DNA from: Conidiobolus incongruus B7586
Lineage: Eukaryota
Assembly: GCA_000697335.1 (NCBI GenBank)
Contig: JNEM01011953.1
Span: 1-39,799, forward strand
Length of the DNA: 39,799 bases
Direction of reading: 5' to 3'
Each line of letters opens with the position of its first letter. Position 1 is the first letter of the stretch. This document shows positions 12,927 through 25,783 of the stretch, in pieces. The translations under genes were made by a program, and so were the position numbers. The notes below the pieces were generated by a model. The model made no database searches and was not told the origin of the DNA. It was given only the letters and a program-made list of their open reading frames with translations.

Positions 12927-15900
12927 TTGAATTAATTCAATCAAATTCAAAATTCCATTCTTCAAGTTTAAGAAATATCACTTAAATCTTATATATCACA
13001 AAATAAAACTGGTCTGAAATCAAAGCATCATTTTGAAAAATATATACTTTTTCTTATTATATTAACTAAAAATTGGCAATCAAATTGTGTCATTTTATCC
13101 AATCACATAATATATAACTCATTTAATGTATATTTGGATTTTTATTTGCTATTAATATTTATCAAGTTTTAACCGAAAGCTTATATCATTTGTTTTATAT
13201 ATTATAGAATTTAAGAATATATTACGAATTATATTATATCAACTTTTTTAATCTTCTGTTAATAATTAAATCATCTCAAATTGAATCGTTTACGCTTATA
13301 ATACACAACGTGATTTATTATATATACAAAATTACTGGTATTTCGATGAAAATCAACAGTCAAAAAACAATACATTTATTAATCTTATTTGGCCAATATC
13401 TGTTAAAATGTTAAATAATTTCTGAAATTTGTAAAACAGATCTGCACCCTATTTACAGGATGAATTATACACATTGATAAATATGAGTAAGATTTTATAT
13501 AATATATCATATTCAATCATTTTTAAATTTATTAGTCATTATAATCATAATATTTGAAATTAATGAATCTATTATATTATCCAATATAAATTCTATTTCT
13601 TTATTCCATATTAAAATTAATCATCTGTGTTTGTTAACAAGGTATTAAAAAATCGAATTACTAAATTAATTTAAATTACAAATGATATTATGTTCAACTT
13701 AAAACCTTGTTAAACTTTAATATTATAAATTCATCAAATAAAAAAATTATTTCTCAAGTTTTCACTTATTTAAACCATGCCTATAATCATTTAATTAAGG
13801 CTTAGATAAACTATCATTTATAACCCAAATACTTAAATATTATCTTAAAATAATTTTTAAGTTGAAATAAATTAACACTAAATGCATTATAGTTCTAAAT
13901 TAAATATAAAATATTTCTATTCTATTATTATCTTAAAATATAATAATTAATTGTAAATCATATCAAATAAACTTAAATATTAATATAATTAAAGAGGTTA
14001 GAACCACATAAACTCTAGTTGGATTTAGGTTTTACTCAGATTTTGATATCAAATAATTATATAAAAAAATAAAAAGCAATATTTAACTCAAAAATAATAA
14101 TAAAATATATCAGATGCTGTTTAAAATTAAATAAATCTATACTTTAAAATATAATTAGTTTAATAATTCAATTAAAAATAATATTACTTATATATTTATT
14201 TAATTTAATATACAAAATCAAATATACTAGGAGATTTTATTACTAAAAAATAAAGCTTTATAACTCTGTATAGGTAATTTAATAAATATTGAGACCAAAC
14301 AAATATAAATTGATTTGTGGTTTAGGGAGCTATGAATGATATTCCCCTAAGATATTAAATATATAAAAAGTCATTATAATTTTCAAAATCCTATTTATAA
14401 ATTTAATTTTACTAATAATTGAAAATCCCAATATATAACAAAAAGAGTTAATATAAATAAAAAAATCTATATGATTTTGTATACAATCCTAGAGGAAGTG
14501 ATGTAAGGTTAAGATTAAGCTTATCAGATATATCAGATAAGAACATAATAACGAACCAATTCCATATTATTTAATAAATATTATTTTAAATAATAGTAAT
14601 ATAATTTATTTGTTATAAAATAATTTTTCTAATAATCAACATAGATATTTTGCTTAAGATATTTATATTAAGCTGGAGGAAAAAAGGCTTATTAATACAA
14701 TGCTTGAGAGTTAAAAGTTCCGTTGTTATTGAGGCTTTATAATTAGACTTATATAGTTATCAATTAAATTAAAATATATTGTGATAATAATATAATTAAA
14801 ACACCTTATTTAAGAATTATATTTGTAATTAGAAAAATATATTAAAATTAAATAAATAAAAGTATAAAGAGATATTGACTATTTTCGTTAATTATATTTT
14901 AAAATAACATATTTTTTAAAGAGTAATTATTAATTTAAAATATAAAAATATAAAAAAATTTCATAAGCCTAAAAAAGTCAAAGGTTATTTTTCATATAGT
15001 ATTTTGAAATTATCAAATAAATTTAGAATAGCTTTTTTATTATAATAAAAAATAGTCTTATTTTAATTTGAAAAAAAAATCAAATATTGCAATTTATAAT
15101 ATTTCAAAAATAAAAATATTAGGGATTAAAAATACATATTAATTTATATAAATATATAGACAATATATTGAAAATAAAATTTTATATTCTATTATATCAA
15201 ACAAAAATATAATGTTCATATCAAAAATAATACAGTATTAATAGATATTGTTCTACTTTAATGATCATAAAAACTATACGGTTTTTAATTTATTTATTCT
15301 AATCATATAATTATTGACAGATTTATGTTATTATTAAAAAACAATTAATATTACTATTGCCAATAGAAAAAATAATTAAAGAGTATTTTTATTTTAAATT
15401 TATTAAAAATTCAAAGTAATAATAATTTGATTATATAGAACATGATTCTTTAAGAAATTGAATTATATTATTTTAATATATAACTTGATTCAATTATTTT
15501 ATATCTTTTGGAATTATTAATCAAACAAATAAATAACACGGAATAGTATTTAGCATTATTATTATTATATATTAAAATTTTGTACAAAGCCAATAAAATT
15601 AAATGAGAATTTAATAAAATTTAATGCTATATATTAAATAATATATAAGTAAAACATACAAAATATTTATCAAGACTTATTATGATATTTAATATATTGT
15701 TTGGTTTGAAACATTAAATTAAAAGAACATGAAAAAATTACACATTATAATAACAATAAAAATGAAAATACTGTGATATAATCGTTTTATTATGGATCTA
15801 AACAAGGTATATTAAATAAAGTAAGAGAATTACTTTGGTGCAAGGTTATTATTTGCCATAAATATCACACAAATAAAACATAAGGTAATTATGGATATTT

Positions 15901-18900
15901 GCATGAATAATTTAAATTAAACAAGAACTTCCAATGTCTTTAATATAATGTAATAATGAATTAGGATATTAATACTCCTAACAATATACTCCTTTGTTAT
16001 CAATAACAGTTAATTAAGCTGGCCTTCCAGGATTAATTTAAGGCTTACCCCCTGGGATTTTAGGATTTTAAACAAGCCTTTGACAAAGGTGGTCAAATTT
16101 GATGTATTTTAAATTAGTTTGATAATAATTAAAAAAATAAAAATAAAATTTTCTAAATAATTTAGATTATAATCTGATATATAATTATATATTGATTAAA
16201 TTAATAACCCTTATATTATATTATTTTAATTATCAATATCCTGATATATTATTTATATATAGTAATATATTGATATATGAAAAATTATTAAAAGTTTATT
16301 AAATATAAAATATTGATTTAATTCCAGTTATTTTTTGAAAAACAATTAATAAATTAAATTTATGATAATAATCAGATATTAATTTACCATAGATTAAATT
16401 ATAGTTAAATTAGTTTACCTCTATTATATCATATTAGATATATTTCGATTAATATCTAAAAATAATAAGAATATTAAAATATATTTAAAACTGTATTTGA
16501 AGAAATAAATTAATAATAAAATACTAAAATAACAAACAATATCTTGATTAACTTTTGATATCAATGTATTAATACTTGAGTATTAACATGAATTTTATCT
16601 GCCGTTCAGTCGATATCTATATCATAATATTGTGATCAATTTTAATAAACATTAGGGTTTGTAAGTTTAATCAACAATTTTAATATATAAATTTAATTAA
16701 TAATTCTGTTAAGGGGTAAAATCTCAAACTTATGATTATATTTGATATCTTATATCTATTACTGATATTGATATCCATTTATGTCATGTTTTGGATATAT
16801 ATGCAAATCGATCAATATAGATTATCTAAAATTAACCCACAAACTGAGTTCTTTTTGATGGATAATAATAATTTGTTTATTTTTCATTTTATAAAGCAAT
16901 ATTTAATGCATTAGTTATTAAATTTATCAAATTAATTGTTCTTGCTTTTGATATTATTTGCTATGCAAATTATCTATAAATATTTAATATAATTAATTTA
17001 CTCTTAATTAAAATTTATGTAGTGTTATTATTTATTTAAAGCTACTAATATATAATTACTTAGATATTGCCTTAAAGATTATTATTGTGGTTTAGCGGAG
17101 TTTATTTGGTCTCAATTAACTTTGTCCAAACTACTTCAATTGAATCAAAATATCATTATATTTGTAATTTATTTTGGCAATATGTAGATTAAATCTTTTT
17201 ACTATATGTTTAAACTATAATTATTATAATTACTATAATTAAATTATATGTTATACCAGTTATTTTACTTAATAGAGAAAATCTTTAATAAATTATATAA
17301 GCTAATATTGATATACAAAAAATACAAACAGCATTTTATAAATAATTAGAGATTTTATTATGTTTTTTCCCAGCTTTCTTCTGATTTCACTCTACCTAAT
17401 CTATTGTTTTATAATTTATATAATATATTGAATTAAAAGAATATAGATATTAACAATTAAATTAGATATTTAAAGCTTTATACATAATTTTAGAAATTAA
17501 AATACTTAGTATAATTCTTAAAATCAAATTATATTGATTAATTTTTTATTAAATATATTAAAGCTGATTTAATTAAAAATATAAACAAATATGAGTGTAC
17601 TTTCAGTAATTATTTCATCTAATTAAATAGAATTATTCTGAAAAATACAATAGTAATAACATATATCATAAAAATATTGGCTATCCTTATTTGTTTTCCA
17701 AAACCTATGTTTATCAAATATAATATAAAATTAATATTGTTTAGCATAATTGTATGTGAAGATTAATACTCAAAGTCAAATTACTATTACTTTTAATGAT
17801 ATTATTGAAATAATGTGAATTATATTAAATATAAAATAATGAATAATTATAAATATTATTGCTCAAATAATTTATATTTTTAAAATATTCAAATATCTTT
17901 TGATTTTAAGTTATTAAATTCTATAGGAGAAATCTATAATCATATTATAATTAAAATATGTCATTACATATATTGCATTTGATAAATTGGTAATATATTA
18001 AGAGGATGTCTGATTGTATAAAATTGTCAAAATACATAAAATAAGAATAACAATGAATAGTTAAATTGATATGCATAGTAGTAAATATAATAATTAAAAT
18101 GGACAAATTCAAAAATATTATCATTTGAAATATTTGTATAGAATTGCAATTACTTATTTAGTGATAAATATTACATTCACGATAAAATAAGTATATTTAA
18201 TAAATTTGAATAATTTATTGACAATATAATTGAAAAAATATGCCTAGAATATAATTATCTATTTCATTCAGAAAATATTTAAAAAGTTTATAAAAATTGA
18301 TGCAATAGTCGCCATATATTTGGTATTATATATTAGTTTACAATTTTGCTATGCAATCAAATTTATAAACCATTTAATCAGGATAAAACAATTTAAACAA
18401 AAATCACATTGAAATAGATGAATAATTTAACATGCGAATATTTAAAAATATTATATAATATAAACGTTATTATCCTCTATATGAGATATTTTTTATTTAA
18501 TAACTTTACATTGGATGAATTAAATGAAAAATGTTTAGTCTAACAATCCATCTAAATTCGTAAAATATTAATCAAAACATTTAATTAAGTTATTGAAACT
18601 ATAAAATCAATTAGTGACATTTGAAGTATCATGATATCACTAACTGTCACAGCATCGTATTTTATTCAATACTATATTAATCAATTATTTTTAAAATATT
18701 AATATTGGCTATTTATTCACTGATAATAATATTTTTAAAGTAATTAATTATACCGAGATAAACTGCACTATTGGATTTAGAGTACTATTTGAATAATTAA
18801 AAAGAATGAATAGAATGTTATACATGAAAATCAAGTATCACAGATAGAATATAAATTAATTTAAAATAGAATATAAATGAAAAATCATTAAAACAATTAG

Positions 18901-19420
18901 TGAATTATATTGATAGAATGTCATAATTAAGGTGAAAATTCAACGATGATTGATAATTTTTCATTTACTTGTGTCTCTAAATTGTGAATTAACAGTTTTA
19001 CCCCACAGCCAGAATCAGATTAAATGAGAATTAGTCTTGATTTAATGGATTTTATTTTTAGAATTGATAATTCCTTATCATAACAAACTCTAACAAATCT
19101 CTGTAAAATTAACGATCATTAAGTTTGTTTGGGTTATTCTATTTATAACTCAAGTGCACTAACACCGGGTAGTTGATTTAGTCGACTAGCAGAATATGGC
19201 TAACCCAGCACTCTTCTCTGATCTTTTTTACATGCTATTGAAATCACTAGAATAAAGGACTCAAATCCACTCGTTTGAATATATGCTTTGTCTTTGAATT
19301 TCAAATAATAGTCCAATTATCTTTGGTCTTTTGAGTGAAAATTCCCATTTCATATTCTGTTCCAATTCGTCCTACCTAAAAGAGTAAAATGCATTATTTA
19401 TTTATTATGATTTGGATGAG

Positions 19421-20598
19421 CCAATCAATAGAAAATCTGGGGGGAATGAATTCCAATCCGAATTGATGAAAATATAACCAGTTAATATGTCAAAATAGAG
19501 AAATATGAAATATTAAATTGTCCTTTAATGATGAATTATTTAAAGTTAAACGGGATATTAAGACTGGCTGACAAAGTCTTATAATTTACTTTTTAATATT
19601 TAAAGTTGGACAAAATATGGAATTTGGAAATGGAGCACTGTGATTGGATAATTCTTTTATCAAAACGGTGACGTCGATTCAATTTCCACAGAGATAAATA
19701 TGTAAAATATCTATTAAAGGTAAAAATCAACTAATAAAACAGATTTATTAACCAGAATTCGTCTAATATTAAATTTTATGAATCCCACTCTAAATTATTA
19801 ATCTATACAGGATCTGATGAAATGATATAAATATTAGGAATAATAGCTTAATAATTCAGAACTGGATTCAAATAAAGTTTTGAATTCATTTCTCATATGA
19901 TTATTTATATGCTTGAATTCTTTTTATTGTTTAATAGTATAAATATTAGCATCCAATCAGAAAAAGTTGTAAACAACCTTTCACAGATGGAACATCTTTC
20001 AATAAATCCTAAATTCCACACATTGTGAACATAGAGCCTAATACAGTTTACTCACCTGATCCAGAAAACCAGCAAATTCATAAAACTCATTCAAAATCTT
20101 ACTTTAAACCAAAATTTCAAGACAATCTCACTCAAATTATTCGTTCGTTTCAACTGAGAGTGGAGCTGATTTGCACTTTTGATTCTCCCTTGTTCAAATT
20201 GGGTTAGTGAGAACTTTTAACCGTCAACAAATTAATCAAAAATAATCTGCTCTTAGTGATTTCACTTGTGATCGGTGTACCATCCTACACTATATAAGCT
20301 CATCCCCCATCTTCTAAATGCCCATCTTCATAGCCTAAGCTCTGCACTTCTTTTTCCTTTGTTTCAAGCATTTCCAGCTTCACTCGAGTAACAAAGTTGA
20401 AATATCCCTGATTCCCCCTATCAATACAGGACTCCTAATCCCCTTTCATTTATCTTCTCTATCCAATTTTATATTTTTGCCTACTCCATTTATTAAATTC
20501 ATTTGAAGCATTTAGCTTGCCGCCATTCATTCTTTTCATTTACTCTTTTTGTCAACTGGTTTCAATTTTCTTTATCATTTTCTCTAACTTTTTTTCAG
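19421..20598 (+). promoter_or_regulatory. Extended regulatory region and 5'UTR of the forkhead gene
   Basis: CCAATC/GATTGG at 19421, 19453, 19642 and 19953; TGACGTC at about 19669; forkhead sites GTAAACAA 19969-19976 and GTCAACAA 20223-20230; TATATAAG 20291-20298; branch point plus acceptor CTAAC-T7-CAG ending at 20598. Confidence 0.5.
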
Positions 20599-20635
20599 GG
20601 TAACCTTGCTTGGTTTCCTATTAATTTTCTTGTTG

Positions 20636-22253
20636 ATGTCAGACACCCCCTCTCTTCCCCCAAAACCTTCTTCCTCTTCACCTTCCAAAGAGCCAGCACA
20701 TGTTCAAGCTTATGCTAAATTAGAAGGCGATAATGTATGCTATTATATGAAAGAGCTACATATTACAATTGGAAGAAAAATTAATCCTCAAGATGAAATA
20801 AATGTAGATCTTGGTCCAACAAAAGCAATTTCGCGTCAGCACGCTAAAATATATTACAATTTGGTTGACCAAAAGTTTGAACTTTCGGTACAAGGAAAAA
20901 ACGGAGCTGTAATTGATGATGTGTTTTATAAAAAAGGCTCCAATATTAAATTAGAGCATGGGTAAGTACTATTATAATTATATTAAAATTTATAATCTGT
21001 TTATAATCAATATTAATTATTTATTAGTTCAAAAATTCAAATTGGAAATCAAACTTTTTATTTTCTTTTGCCAAAGATTCCTTCTGAAAATCAACCAGCT
21101 CAATCTTCGGACAAAGGCTCATTTTCTCCTAACTCTTCAGATCCTAAAGTTAAAAGTGAGAATTCCCCTTCACATATCTCTAATTGGATGTCATCTGCTC
21201 CTCGTCCAAAGTTAATTCCTATAGCTGCTAAACCTCCCATAAGTACATCTTTATCACTTTCTCCAGCAACTTCTGGACTTCCAGCTTCACTCCCAGCCAG
21301 ATCTTCGGCATATAGAGAGATTAGAGCAGCTCGTCCCCAACGTCCTTTATTCCCTGCGATTCCACAAGCTGTTCCTCCTTCTACACCGTCTTCTAGAAAA
21401 CCTTTCACTATTCCTCGTCCTTCATCAGATGTACCAAAAGATTCACCTCATGTCAAGCCACCTTATTCATATGCTTCTATGATTGCTCAGGCTATTAATT
21501 CAGTTCCTGAAAAGAAAATGACTTTAAATAATATTTATAATTATATTGCAACTAAATATCCTTATTATAAGCTATCTGAAAATGGCTGGCAGGTAATAGT
21601 GAATCTAAATATTATACATATATCAATCGATGTTGACTTTATATTAGAATTCGATTAGACACAATTTGTCATTAAATAAGTCATTTACTAAAGTTCCAAG
21701 ACTTCAATCTGAGCCAGGTAAAGGATCATTCTGGACAATTACATCCAATTCACTAGTTGAATATGGAGATGGTGTTTATAAACGTCGTCGTCCATCATCA
21801 GCTTCGTCTTCTGCACGAGCAGCATCCAACTCTCCATATGCACCAGATCAGAAGACAGCTCGTCATGCAGCATTTTACTCAAATCCCAATGCAGTTGCCC
21901 AACCTCATGCTTCGCACTCATTACATCATTTACCTCCTAGGCTATTATCAACTTCATTCCCCCCGTCTTCTGATGTGAATCAAGTTCTTCCTCCATTGAC
22001 CTTTGGCAAATTTCCTCCTCTTACATCTCCGCCAAGCACCGTCCCTACCTCTGTCCCAGCACCTTCTGATACATTTGGCCCAATGTCCTCAGATCTTCCG
22101 GGAAATGTATCCCAAACTTTATCCAAGCTATCCCTTAAATCTTCATTACCATCTTCCACTTCTCGCGTCAAAGTTCAGGATTTAGTTCATGCTAATCCAT
22201 CATCCACAACGAACGTCGACACGCCCCCTAACCCCCCCTCTTCATCTTCATGA
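20636..22253 (+). CDS. FHA + forkhead domain transcription factor (Fkh1/Fkh2/Fhl1/FOXK group), about 498 aa. Exons 20636-20961, 21028-21592, 21648-22253
   Basis: FHA domain: VQAYAKLEG...TIGRK...[15 protein letters not shown]...GKNG. Forkhead domain: [14 protein letters not shown]...YPYY...[21 protein letters not shown]...PGKGSFW. Introns 20962-21027 and 21593-21647. Confidence 0.95.
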
Positions 22254-24757
22254 TTTCGGAGTATTGGATTATATTTGTCTGCTGTATTTTTTAGTTGATT
22301 ATATTCGTTTATTGAAAATTCGGATTTATGAGTTGAAATAGTTGTTTTCCAAAACCAAATTTGTCTCTGGATATTATATCGGACATTTGGTTTATACTGA
22401 TATCAAGATGCTGAATAGAACTTTAATGAATTTATCCAGCTACCAAAATTGGTATTTGAATGCTTTAGATTCAAAACTTTCATCTCATACTTCTGTTTAT
22501 AGAGTAACTTATATATTCTCTTTCTCAAAAATAACCTTCGTGGTTGCTTATCAAAAATCATTAAAAATATTGGCATTTTGTCAATTCCAAAAATTATTTA
22601 TTTTCTCTAAAATTTGATACTATTCATCAATAAACAAAATTACAATTATATAGTTAGACCAAATCAATATAATACTATTACAAATAGTTGCTTAATTAGA
22701 ATTTATATTACTTGGAATCATTTTCAATATGAATTTTTAGTATCAAATTTTTCATCAATCAATATAAAATTCACTTGTAACAAATACTACAATAACAGTA
22801 CATTGAATCAAATGCATCCTGCCATTAGATTTATCATTTGGACAAATCAAATTTTTTTATAGAATATATTATTGTTAAGCTTAAAAATTATAACATTGAA
22901 ATAATCTAATCATATATTGATTCAAATATAATCCTTATTTATTTAATATAATTTAATTGAAAAATATAAATTTTTTAGCCATATTTCAAATTTAATCCGA
23001 AATCAAAATTTTCAAAGAAATTTTTTATTAAATACGAGTTTAATTTTACTTGAAGAAATTCGTAAAAAAAATTAGTAATATGTGAATTTTAATTTTGAGG
23101 AATTAATTTTAAAAAAACAGGGGGGATCTATAAAATTTCATCATCATAATTTGTCATTTTACACATTTTATTACACCGCGATTGTTTAATTTGGAACCTT
23201 TTACAATTCAAATTATGATTTAATCATATTTTTTTAATTTATAATCATTTTTTTAGAATATTTGCCTTTTTAGTTCTAACCATTATGAAATATATTTTTA
23301 ATATCAACTAGACATGATGTTATAATCATTAAACTTGATGTTTAAGTCCTATTATGGAGTATACTTTTAAATCATTCATTAATTCAATACATCCAAACTT
23401 ATATAGTATTTATAACCATTAATATAATGTAAAATAAAATTTTTATTATCAATATTACACTATTTTTTTATAATTATATATCATTTATCCATATAATATA
23501 TTATATTTATAATATTAATCAAAGAGCAAAACTCTGAATTATATATTTTGATAATATATTGATATATTAATTATAGTTTATAAATACAAACATTAAGTAT
23601 GAAATCCAAAATCCAATCTTATCTTTTAACAGAATATCTACATATATTCACGTCTATACCAATTTTCTAAACTTTGAGTAATGGAAATTTTTAAATTGCT
23701 TCAACACTTGAGATTCTAACTCTATATTCTCTAGTCTTTTATCTTTAAATTGTCATTGATTTGGTTGATATTTCTATATATTGCTTGTAATCGCTCTGAA
23801 ATCGCTACTCTTTCATTGCATGAATTTCAGTACTAGTTTTAATAATTTAAAATATATAAAAATTAAATTAATTAAAAATTTTATTCAAAAAAAGTCAAAC
23901 TTGGGAGGATTTTTAATTATTTAAAATATAAAATATTGCATAATTTATTTCACAGTATATTATCCAGATCTGTTTAAAATTATGTACATCTTAAATTTTT
24001 GCATGAACTGTAAAAAACTAATTGTTTATTTTGAAGTTTTAAGAAAGGTATATATCGATTCTTTTGGGCTGAAAATGCTTGTAGCTTGGTTGGTATGATT
24101 GGAAGTATAGGATGATATCAATTTATTCGTCATTTATTTTAAAATACAAATTTGTTTTTGTAGTTTGTTTGTAATCCTAACTCAGGGTATTTTTGACCAA
24201 TATTGCAATGTTCCAGTTATTTAGTGTCTAATATATATCTAATATAATCCATATGATAACTTAATATTTAAAACTTTTATTTATCATATTCATTTTTCAA
24301 AATCCCACTATAAACTTTTGGTGAATTGATATCGCGTTGATCGTCTTAATTTGAAATATGTTTGTAATATGTGATAGTTTAAATGATTTTATAACATTGA
24401 ATATAAATCTTCTTCCAATAAAAGCTGACCTTAATAATAAAATTTTATTCAGTTAAATGTTTATATATATTCTAGTAATATTGGATATGATAAATGTAAC
24501 AATGATGATATATGATATTTTAAAAATAGAATAATTAATGTTGGGCTAAAATGAAATAAGGAAGGTGTTATTGACTAGATTAGAAATAGGAGCGGATGAT
24601 TGGCTGAAGTCAATGGAATCTTTGAATTATATTGGTTAAATTTGACAGATTTCTATTGTGAAAAAAGAATTTAACATGACTGGCGTCTTAAATTTAGCTA
24701 TTCATTAGTGCAAAATTTACGTTTTTAATTGATTTACAATTTCAATTGCATTATAAC

Positions 24758-25783
24758 ATGGCTGAACCTCAATTAAATGACGATGAATTGATTCCCACCA
24801 CTACCGAAGGATATAAGGTAGGAGAGAAGAAAACTATTCAAGAGCTCCAAAATTTAGATGCCGAAGATGAATCTCTTGCTAGATGGAAAGCTTCTCTTGG
24901 GTTAGGTGCCGCTGCTAGTACTATTCTTACTTTTATTCCATTTATTATTTATTAATTGTTATTATCTAGGTGCTTCTGACTCTAGTGACCCAAGAAAGGT
25001 ATATTCGCCAGAATTATTCCCTCTTTAACATAGGTTAATTTCAAATAATTTTAATTAGGTTATCGTTCATAGTCTCGCTATGGAGGTTGCCGGTAGACCT
25101 GATGTAGTTTTAGATCTCACTCAAGGTAACTAATTACATTTTTTTTATTTTCTCGGAAATTCATCTTTTTTTTATTAGCTAACCTTCAAGATAAAAAGCT
25201 CACCATCTCAATCAAAGAAGGAATTGAATATTGTCTCAAAATTAAATTCAAGTAAGTAGTACCTTTTTTCAAAATGAATCCATTTTAATTTGCCCCCTTT
25301 TAGAATTCAGCATGAAGTTGTGTCCGGTCTCAAGTACCTTCATGCTGTCAAACGCATGGGTGTAACATGTAAGTTATATTCTTCGATTCGTTAGCTTATT
25401 TAAACTAATGTCTTATTTGAAATAATAGTGGAAAAACGTCAAGAGATGCTTGGAAGTTATGGTCCCAATCCCGAACCCTATGAAAAGAAGGTAAACTAGT
25501 TTTTTTCAGCATAATTTTTAGTATACTCATATTTCTATTAGTTTGGACTTGAAGAAGCTCCTAGTGGTATGTTACAACGTGGTACCTATAGTATTAAGGT
25601 AATATATTATATTCAACTCTATGTCTGAATAATTTATATTTATTTCTGTATTTTAGAGTAAATTTATTGATGACGATAACGTTACTCACCTAGAATGGAA
25701 TTGGGTAAAGTTTATAATAATTATTATTTCGTCAGTGAAGCTAACAATATTTTTAGGAACTTGAAATTAAAAAAGATTGGTGA
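24758..25783 (+). CDS. RDI1: Rho GDP-dissociation inhibitor, 195 aa. Exons 24758-24917, 24970-24998, 25059-25125, 25179-25251, 25304-25368, 25429-25490, 25542-25598, 25657-25704, 25757-25783
   Basis: LDAEDESLARWKASLG, IKEGIEY, VSGLKY, EMLGSYGP, EEAPSGMLQRGTY and SKFIDDD...LEWNW|ELEIKKDW*. Eight GT-AG introns of 51-60 nt; the CDS is 588 nt. Confidence 0.96.

Noticed and set aside
19200..19225. Minus-strand GATCAGAGAAGA resembling the U6 ACAGAGAAGA box
   Set aside because: It lacks the exact ACAGAGA and the following TTAGCATGGCCCCTG internal stem-loop.
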